Source of the DNA: Macrostomum lignano
Taxonomy: Eukaryota
DNA: 64,000 bases
Assembly: GCA_002269645.1 (NCBI GenBank)
Contig: NIVC01002748.1
Location: 1 to 64,000, forward strand
Reading direction: 5' to 3'
Part shown: piece after piece, positions 21,201-30,700 of the stretch
Layout: the number at the start of each line of letters is the position of its first letter
Position numbering within the stretch: the first letter of the stretch is position 1
The notes under the pieces: model-generated
Databases searched by the model: none
What the model was told of the DNA's origin: nothing
Seen by the model: the letters and a program-made list of their open reading frames with translations, nothing else
Made by a program: the position numbers and the translations under genes

Positions 21201-24200
21201 TGTAGATAGGAGCGGGGAGGTGTAGATAGGAGCGGGGAGGTGTAGATAGGAGCGGGGAGGTGTAGATAGGAGCGGGGAGGTGTAGATAGGAGCGGGGAGG
21301 TGTAGATAGGAGCGGAGAGGTGTAGATAGGAGCGAGAGGAGAGGTGTAGAGAAGAGTGGATAATAGAAAATCAGCCAATGCCTTCCTCCCGCCCCCGCCC
21401 CCAGGACAACCACGGCTGCGGTTTTGGCACCGACCCGGCCGGCCGACACGCCCAGAAGATGCTAGATGGAGTCTCCGAGCAATACGGCGTCCAGCTGATG
21501 ACTGGTGACATAGTCGGTGCCTACCTGGACCTCGACAACGGCACCGTCACCTACGCGGTCAACGGCAAAGAGCTAGGGCCCGCGCACCAGCTGCCAGCCG
21601 ACTTCTTTACTCCGACAGGCACTGCTGGCGGTAACAGGAAGTCCCGTGGTGGCGACGGTCCCCCCGGCGGCCCGCAGGCTGTTTATCCGGCCGCCTGCCT
21701 TCGCGATGGCGCCGCAGCTGACTGGAACTTTGGCGACGATCCGTCCAGACCGCTCGCCTATCCGCCCGGCGGAGCCTGGCGTCCGGTGGGCCTGGCGCTC
21801 GCCAACCAGACTTCGGAAAATCCACGCAGCTGGCGGTTAAACCCGCACGACACCAGCGGGCCGGGCCTGCAACTGGGACCCGACCAGCTGTCCGCGCAGG
21901 GCCAGCTGGGCTTTGGTTGGCAGGGCGTTCGGGCCAACAAGGTGAGTACAGCTTCCTGTGATAATGTGTGCGCTTCTGTATCCTTTAGGAGTAGCGGCTG
22001 TCTGTGGAAGAATCCATTGGAAGTAGCGGCTGTCTGTGGAAGAATCCATTGGAAGTAGCGGCTGTTTGTGGAAGAATCCATTGGAAGTAGCGGCTGTCTG
22101 TGGAAGAATCCATTGGAAGTAGCGGCTGTTTGTGGAAGAATCCATTGGAAGTAGCGGTTGCCTGTGGAAGAATCCATTGGAAGTAGCGGCTGTTTGTGGA
22201 AGAATCCATTGGAAGTAGCGGTTGCCTGTGGAAGAATCCATTGGAAGTAGCGGTTGCCTGTGGAAGAATCCATTGGAAGTAGTGGCTGCCTGTGGAAGAA
22301 TCCATTGGAAGTAGCGGCTGCCTGTGGAAGAATCCATTGGAAGTAGCGGCTGCCTGTGGAAGAATCCATTGGAAGTAGCGGCTGCCTGTGGAAGAATCCA
22401 TTGGAAGGAGCGGTTGCCTGTGGAAGAATCCATTGGAAGTAGCGGCTGTCTGTGGAAGAATCCATTGGAAGGAGCGGCTGCCTGTGGAAGAATCCATTGG
22501 AAGTAACGGCTGCCTGTGGAAGAATCCACTGGAAGTAGCGGCTGCCTGTGGAAGAATCCATTGGAAGTAGCGGCTGCCTGTGGAAGAATCCATTGGAAGT
22601 AGCGGCTGCCTGTGGAAGAATCCATTGGAAGTAGCGGCTGCCTAAGATTAAAAACCCAGGCAGTGCCTAAGGCACTTGGCCCAAAACAAGTTTATTTGTT
22701 TAAAATCAATTACGGGTTCGGCGTAGATAAGAAAGGAGGGGTGGAGTGCGGGACTGAGAAAGGGGGTAAAATTGAAGAGCCAATCAGAAAGCTGCGCAAG
22801 AGAGAGAGAACCAGATTGAACTAGACTAAGAGAGAACAGTAAACGAGTTGAATAGATGACTAAGAAAGTCGCTGCAACACCAACACTTCCAGGGCCTGAA
22901 AGGCAGCGAGGGCGGCCGGTTCTACTGGGAGGCGGAGCCCCTGGAGTCCGGCGGCCTCGGCCGTGTCGGCTGGACCACCGAGTCCGGCTTGCTGGACGTC
23001 GGGCGCGACGCCAACGGCTGGGGCTACGGCGCCGACCACGAAGGCTTCGGCCTGGCCGGCAACCAGGGCAAGAAGCTATTCGACGACGAGATCGAAGCCT
23101 ACGGCGAGCCCTACGCCAAAGGCGACGTCATTGGCTGTTTTTTCGATTTCAACAATGGCGAACTGCAGTTCGCTAAGAACGGCCAGCCGTTCGGACCGGC
23201 CTACAGTCTGCAGCAGGACATGCTCGAGCGCGAGTCCTTCTTCCCAACTGTTGCCATGCGAGACCAGACGTTGGACGTGAATCTTGGACAGCGGCCGTTC
23301 CGTTATCCACCTGGTCCGGACTGGACGCCTGTCTGCCTGGCGCCCGAGTCTTCCATCCAGCCGAGTAGCAGGGCCGGCATTATGGAGGTTCGGATGATGC
23401 AACATCATTTTCTTGCATTCTCGCTCATAGCAGGGGCCGGCGTAGCTAGAGAGGGGCAGGGGACGGCACCCCCTCTTCTAATAGGCTGACAAAATCTGGG
23501 GCGCCCCCTTTACAGTAGCTGTGGCGCCACTGGTGCTGCTGGCGCGCCTGGTGCTGCTGGCGCCACTGGAGGTGCTGGCGCCCCTGGTGCTGCTGGCGCC
23601 ACTGGTGCTTCTGGCGCCACTGGTGCTGCTGGCGCGCCTGGTGCTGCTGGCGCCACTGGAGGTGCTGGCGCCCCTGGTGCTGCTGGCGCTACTGGTGCTG
23701 CTGGCGCGCCTAGTGCTGCTGGCGCCACTGGTGCTCTGGTGCTAGCCTCATCGATGACACCCCCTCCCCAATGATTGCGCCCTAAAGATGCACCTCACAG
23801 AAGCGATCCAATGAAGAAAACGTGACTACGCCCGTAACTCGTATTAGAGCAGAAGCATAACATTGATCTCGCAAGCAGTTCAATATTAATTTGATTCAAG
23901 CTAGGGGACGAATTCACAATTCACTCAATGGCATAACGATTTTCCAGCGCAAGCCAAAAAAACGAGGCTTCAAATACGCCGACCCGAACTCGATCCGGGA
24001 CAGCCTCGCCAAACGGGTTTGGGGCGCGAATTGTTTTTTAGACTCCTTTCTAAATCTAAGCACAGAACTGCATGCTTAATAATTGTTGCACTTTCTTTTC
24101 GGTTGCTTTACTGTTTTTTACTCGGAGTACGTCTGGAATTATAGCTTATTGGCTTCAAGCTCGACATCGGTTTGCATTTTATCAAATATTTATCCTTGTC

Positions 24201-27200
24201 GCCGCCTTTTGTCCCCCTGCATGCCAATCGTTGCCTCTTATGCTAGCTTGTAATGAAACTATTTCCACATTTTTTCCACTAGTTGGTGCAAACATAGAAA
24301 AAACACAGTAACAGTATACATGCAAACAGGCACTGGTTAGCTCGTAAAGAAAATCAAGAAAGCTCAAAGAAAACTACTGAAAAAATGATTTAGTGATTGA
24401 TTAATCGAACACGCACACTGCTAACTAGTGGTGAACTAGCCTGATCCAACATCATTTCCCTACTCAAGTCTCGCTGAAACACCAACCCATCTTTATGTAA
24501 GGTAACTTCCTCACTTCCAAGGCTCGCTATGACACCCACCCCACTCCATTTCCTTACCCCTCGACTCGCTTTAACAAACACCTCACTCCCCCCAAGCCTC
24601 GCTGAGACACCCACCCCACTCCATTTCCTTACCCCTCGACTCGCTTTAACAAACACCTCACTCCCCCAAGCCTCGCTGAGACACCCACCCCACTCCATTT
24701 CCTTACCCCTCGACTCGCTTTAACAAACACCTCACTCCGCCCAAGCCTCGCTGAGACACCCACCCCACTCCATTTCCTTACCCCTCGACTCGCTTTAACA
24801 AACACCGCACTCCGCCCAAGCCTCGCTGAGACACCCACCCCACTCCATTTCCTTACCCCTCGACTCGCTTTAACAAACACCGCACTCCGCCCAAGCCTCG
24901 CTGAGACACCCACCCCACTCCATTTCCTTACCCCTCAAGACTGGCTATGACACACATGATTTCTTTAGCACTTCATTTCACGTATGCTTTTATGCTTTTC
25001 ATTTTCTTTGTTTTCTTTGAACTGCACAATAATTTATCCAACTCTATTGTATTTTTAAAATATGCTGACTACTCACTCTTCTTGCTCAATTTTTCAACTA
25101 TTGCGCAGGCCTCCAACCTACCGGCGGTTGACCAGAAATACGACATGATCAGGGAGAACAAGCCCCAGATCCGAGCTCCCAGCCCCAAGCCAAGGGGCAA
25201 CGCTGGCGGCCCAGAGGGTCAGTCGGTCACGGTTCTGGAGAGTCGCACCGAGGTCAGTTGCTTTGAATTTCCCTATTTAAATTCCATTTAGGAAAACTAA
25301 GGTTAGTTCTGAGTTAGCTATTCTGTTGTTCAACTATGATTGTCTTTATATTCACCGAAAGGACGTTGAAAAAGTTGAATCTCAGCGGCGGCAGCAACAA
25401 GCGGATGCGACTCGGAAGCAGCAGAATGAGGAGCTTAGTGTCACTACTGTAAATAGGCGATTGTGAATTTTGAAATCTTCTTTAAAAAAAACGTATAAAA
25501 CAGAAAATTCTTATTAATATTTATGTTTACACGAGTATGACATGCATGTTTTTGCATGCATTTGATATATGACCATAAACATAAACATAAACTTAAGTAT
25601 GCCATTGCAACACGGATATAGATTACAGTTAACGAAATGGCAGTGTTAATCAATATTTTTAACTGAAAGAAATGGGCAGTTCTATCAATTCAGATATTCT
25701 CATCTGGTTTACAGCTAGATATTCTCATGCTGCCTTTGACCAAGCATTAAGTTTTTTACACCAGTGCATTATGCTGTAAACCAAATAGCAATATCCTTTT
25801 CTAAATGGAGATTCGATAAAATGCATGTCACTGGTTTTGTAGTGGCGCATATGTTCCATATTATCTTACTCATTCTGTTTTTTTATCCATATTGGCTAGA
25901 AACCTGTCTATCGGTTCGTCCATGTTGACTAGATTAGCAATCCATTCTATTCCTGCACCCATGTATTGGCTAGATTAGCAATCCACTGCCATCCTATCGC
26001 AGAGCGAGCAAGTCGGCGAGCCCGAGGAGGAAATAGTGACGTACGTTGACGAGCACGGCAACACTGTCACGAAGAAGATTGTGCGCAGCAAGAAGACCCG
26101 CCAGGTGATCACCAGCAAGGTGATTGAGACGCGCGGCCCGGCAGTGCCGGAAGGCGACGCCGCCTCGTCTGAGCATTTGGAGAAGTCGGTGAGTGCAGTA
26201 AGATACTGTAAACGTGAGTGAGTCCGGTTAAGTGTTCAGGTGATAGAAGCCGCCTTCTAAACGGCGCAGGTGATAAGACCCATTTACCGAATGGCCCAGG
26301 TGATGATAAATGCCTTCAAATGGCCCAGGCGATAAGAGTCACCCATCAGGTGGCCCAGACCCCAGGTGACAAAGGAGCCTTGAAACTTGCTCGAAATTAA
26401 GCTTTTTAAATTGGCTTCAACTCATCGCAAATCTCCAATTCGGCAGATCAAGTCTGGCGCATCCAAGCTGACCCGCAAGGAGACTCGCACAGGCCGGCGC
26501 AATCCGGCCATCTACGAGGAGGGCGGCGAAGAGGACGATGTAAGATTTCATGCGCGGATACGTGGGGCAACCGTGTTCAACCCCTCCTTCACAAGCGGGT
26601 CAATCCAGGGCTTCAGGCTGTTCATTGTTGATTGAATAGCTTAACAGACTGACCTTAATAAATTTCTAGGTATCTTAAGAGTAGTACAAAATATTCTTTA
26701 CTGTGTTCTTATCCTTTATAACACCACAATACACCACGATTCGCTCCAAGACTAAAGATTCTTTATCTGTCTTGATTGTGGCTCGACGAGGGTGAGAAAA
26801 GTGGAGCGTCTCCGCACGGCTAGTGGGTTGGAAAATGGAGTGAGGTGGGTATTGCAGCGCGGCTAGTGGGTTAAAAAATGGAGTGAGGTGGGTGTCGCAG
26901 CGCGGCTAGTAGGTGTAGGAAATGGAGTGAGGTGGGTGTCGCAGCGCGGCTAGTGGGTGTAGGAAATGGAGTGAGGTGGGTGTCGCGGCGCGGCTAGTGG
27001 GTTAGAAAATGGAGTGAGGGAGGCGTCGCTGCGCGGCAAAGCTTTTTATGTCTGCTAGACTGTTGTCTTTATTTAATCAAATCATTGCTGATTGGTAAGA
27101 ATCCAAGGCAATATGAATAGCTTTTGTATTGGTCTTTCTACGAGCTATGTCTAGAAGGGGACCTACATGAACTTAGTTAAATGACTATGAATGGTAGATT

Positions 27201-27414
27201 TTTTTAAAGGATTTGAGAAAGCTAATTTATTAGTTCCACTTCTATTGAAACTCATCCACTTTAACTCATTTTTTTCCAGATTCTAAACGACATTATCTTC
27301 GAGCAGACCGGCCTAAGCCGAAAAGACAAAATCATGGACGAGAATGTGAACGATTTCAGCATGTCCACCATCGATTCCAGGAAATCGCCTCCGAAGCATG
27401 AGAGCGAAATCTAG
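9262..27414 (+). CDS. Protein 4.1/Coracle-family FERM protein with two tandem DDX1-type SPRY domains (14 exons, 1114 aa)
   Basis: Exons 9262-9531, 10666-10770, 11854-11896, 16867-17099, 17470-17897, 18081-18235, 20677-21110, 21405-21941, 22893-23387, 25109-25252, 25362-25448, 26003-26188, 26447-26539, 27280-27414. All introns are GT-AG, phases match and the total is 3345 nt with no internal stop; an in-frame TAA lies 2 codons before the ATG. FERM motifs: [73 protein letters not shown] motifs: WQMNP..WQGCRA..YYE..RVGW..YLDLDNG..NGKELG..NFG. Confidence 0.9.
9582..9750. mobile_element. Inverted internal copy of the 2456-2732 MITE family
   Basis: tttgtccgagctgcgctcacaagtttatcaagctgc...gtctatggccaaacccc is the reverse complement of ~2525-2690 with few changes. 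Confidence 0.85.
9890..10114 (-). mobile_element. tRNA-derived SINE, family A, with CORE-like central domain
   Basis: Minus strand shows A box TAGCCCAGTGG and B box GGTTCGATTCC, then gagcaagactcttaactc...cagctgtaaaatggg resembling the CORE domain. The anticodon stem does not pair. A degenerate second copy lies at ~31050-31140. Confidence 0.8.
11040..11575. repeat. Degenerate ~20-22-bp tandem repeat (ctagagtctttagaatccat), FERM intron 2
   Basis: Repeated tctagag/atccatc units visible. Confidence 0.85.
13318..15270. repeat. 21-bp minisatellite (caactgttcattcatcattgc/at), ~92 copies, FERM intron 3
   Basis: Direct inspection. It explains the 650-740 aa low-complexity ORFs in three frames. Confidence 0.97.
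16245..16785. repeat. 34-bp minisatellite (acggagggtattgctgcaggggcactgaagtagc), FERM intron 3
   Basis: Unit starts at 16261 and 16295; about 15 copies. Confidence 0.95.
18365..19462. repeat. 14/16-bp minisatellite (gtgtcaga[ga]gccagg), FERM intron 6
   Basis: Direct inspection. Confidence 0.95.
20255..20450. repeat. 41-42-bp tandem repeat, ~4.5 copies, intron 6
   Basis: gtcgattgaggtcacacagtgcgggactg at 20258, 20299, 20340 and onward. Confidence 0.9.
21170..21345. repeat. 20-bp tandem repeat (tgtagataggagcggggagg), intron 7
   Basis: Direct inspection. Confidence 0.92.
21985..22640. repeat. 32-bp minisatellite (gaagaatccattggaagtagcggctgcctgtg), ~20 copies, intron 8
   Basis: Period 32 (22021 to 22053). 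Confidence 0.95.
23518..23745. repeat. GC-rich 9/18-bp-based tandem repeat (ctggtgctgctggcgcc), intron 9
   Basis: Direct inspection. Confidence 0.88.
24525..24938. repeat. 74-75-bp tandem repeat, ~5.5 copies, intron 9
   Basis: acacccacccc at 24532, 24607, 24681, 24756 and onward. Confidence 0.93.
26812..27040. repeat. 41-42-bp tandem repeat (ggaaatggagtgaggtgggtgtcgcagcgcggctagtgggt), intron 13
   Basis: About 5 copies; same unit as 27698-28222. Confidence 0.9.
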
Positions 27415-27697
27415 AAGCGGTTCTTGCTCTCCCCCTTTGTCCGGTCCTAAATGCGTGTCGCACTAGTTACGAAATATTAACAAAAAGATTTCTTGCAGCC
27501 ATTGAATACTTCTGACCAGCCATTGACAACTGCCTTTTTATATTTCTATGGATTAGTAATATATAGGCTGCGGTTACTCTAACTAGCTCGTGTATTTTGG
27601 GAATGAAGGCCAGGATTATTTGAGCTCAAACGTGTAGTAAATTTAAAAGCCTGCAAAAATGAAGTATATGTCATATAATGGCTAGATGCGAGTGAGA

Positions 27698-28222
27698 CAA
27701 ATGGAGTGAGGTAGGTGTCGCAACGCGGCTACTGGATAAGGAAATGGAGTGAGGTAGGTGTCGCAACGCGGCTACTGGATAAGGAAATGGAGTGAGGTGG
27801 GTGTCGCAGCGCGGCTAGTGGGTAAGGAAATGGAGTGAGGTGGGTGTCGCAGCGCGGCTAGTGGGTGTAGGAAAATGAGTGAGGTGGGTGTCGCAACGCG
27901 GCTACTGGATAAGGAAATGGAGTGAGGTGGGTGTCGCAGCGCGGCTAGTGGGTGTAGGAAAAGGAGTGAGGTGGGTGTCGCAACGCGGCTACTGGATAAG
28001 GAAATGGAGTGAGGTGGGTGTCGCAGCGCGGCTAGTGGGTGTAGGAAAATGAGTGAGGTGGGTGTCGCAACGCGGCTACTGGATAAGGAAATGGAGTGAG
28101 GTGGGTGTCGCAGCGCGGCTAGTGGGTGTAGGAAATGGAGTGAGGTGGGTGTCGCAGCGCGGCTAGTGGGTGTAGGAAATGGAGTGAGGTGGGTGTCGCA
28201 GCGCGGCTAGTGGGTAAGGATA
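27698..28222. repeat. 41-42-bp tandem repeat, same family as 26812-27040, downstream of the FERM-SPRY stop codon
   Basis: About 12 copies in direct orientation. Confidence 0.93.
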
Positions 28223-29240
28223 TGGATTGAGGAGGGTGTAACCATTTAATGACTGTTGTTCAACACTGTAAATTAGAAATATCATCGTCAAGCCCTTTTA
28301 TCTAGTGTTTTATTCATCAGCCAAACATTCTCTTCCCAAAGCGTGCCTCTGTTTCCCTATTGCCTTTTTAGTGCTAATTTTTTTAGAATTTTGGATAAAA
28401 GCCTTCGATGCACCTGCTTGTATCCATCAAGATTTTGTAAGAACATCCTGCCCGCTGAATATGAGCTAGAAAAGCTATTTTGCGTGCTTGGTTAGAAATT
28501 TTTGCCCAATATTTACTGCAGCCATTTTTGCATGCTTTTAAATTAATTGAAAACGGAACGGCCTTTTGTTGAATCGATTTAAGTTTTATTTCGACTGTAT
28601 TTTTGTGATTGTTAAAAGTTAAAACAATTTTTATTATTATTTAACATTTCCATTACTGTACACTCATTACAAGGTGCTAAATTTATTCTAAAGGTGATTT
28701 TAAAGTCATATAAAACGAAAAGCTTATTTAAGTGATCTTCTAATTCGTCGCTATCGTTCTGATCTATGTAGTAATAATAAATGCTAAACATAGGCTGCCA
28801 GTAGTGTATGACGGCACTATAAGCAGTGTGACTTTTTTAGTCATGCAGCCCGACCGCTGATCAATGCTGCTTGTAAATTGCTGCCTAATTTAACAGTTAC
28901 TCTATTGATTCAATACAGACCCTCATATCATGGCGTTGAAAAAAGCTGAAATTCTTATAATTGTTTTAATTGCAAATTTCATCTTTGTGTCACTAGCCGC
29001 GATTTTTCTGAAAATGCCTGCTTACTGAGTGAGAAATACACTACTACTGCTACTATTAGTAACTGAGCGTGTATGCATACTGTATGTCTAAAGAATTAAG
29101 TTAAATAAATTACAACCGAAAAATAGCAGGCAATACACCCTATGCTTTTTTGCCTGGAGCTCAGCTTTGCTACCCGGTCGCGGGACTGCGCGCCTCCGTG
29201 CTGATGCAAATATAATTAACCCGGCCTCTGTTTTTCTTAT

Positions 29241-30205
<965 letters not shown>

Positions 30206-30629
30206 AACCTGCCTGCCTTACTGCTTGTCTACGTAGTAATTTGAAGTTCAGCCAAATTCTACTACTCCTCTTTCTCTACTTAGCTTGTCTGTCTTCTACG
30301 CTCGTAATTGCAGGGAAATTTCTAGAAGCTTTCAGTAGGATGTCGATTGGTTTTTAAAGCTGGTGAGGCTGTCAGATAGCCAAGGTAGTCCGGGAGTGAG
30401 ACTGCTTTTCTCCCAAAGCTAACAAGTCAGTTCAAACAAGTCTTTTACATCGGTATTCGTCTTTTAACCCGTGGTCCCCATGATTTCAACTCGCGTTCTC
30501 ACACCCGACAGCAATTTCCTGCTGTTCCGGTTGCCAGGAGCAACAACAGCTCAAAAATAGAGAAGATTGCAAAGTCAATAAGCAGGCAAATCAGCAGCAA
30601 TGATCTTACACTAGTTTCATGGACGCAGC

Positions 30630-30636
30630 TATAAAT
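30630..30636 (+). promoter_or_regulatory. Putative TATA box of the PAN-fibrinogen gene
   Basis: TATAAAT about 70 bp upstream of ATG 30701. Confidence 0.45.
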
Positions 30637-30700
30637 GAAAGCCACCCTGAAAATCAAATACACCTCTGGCTTGCGCGGTAATTGTGACTCTGCATGCAAA

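Noticed and set aside
21985-22640. 32-bp direct repeats as a possible CRISPR array (also the 75-, 42-, 41- and 34-bp arrays)
   Set aside because: Units are head-to-tail with no unique spacers, there are no cas genes, and the context is eukaryotic introns.
23510-23745. Ala/Pro-rich [16 protein letters not shown]
   Set aside because: Lies within an intronic GC-rich repeat with no supporting splice sites.
28930-29030. ATG with hydrophobic stretch (MALKKAEILIIVLIANFIFVSL) as alternative FReD start
   Set aside because: Ends in a stop with no usable donor; the 30701 exon has a TATA box, signal peptide and phase-matched donor.
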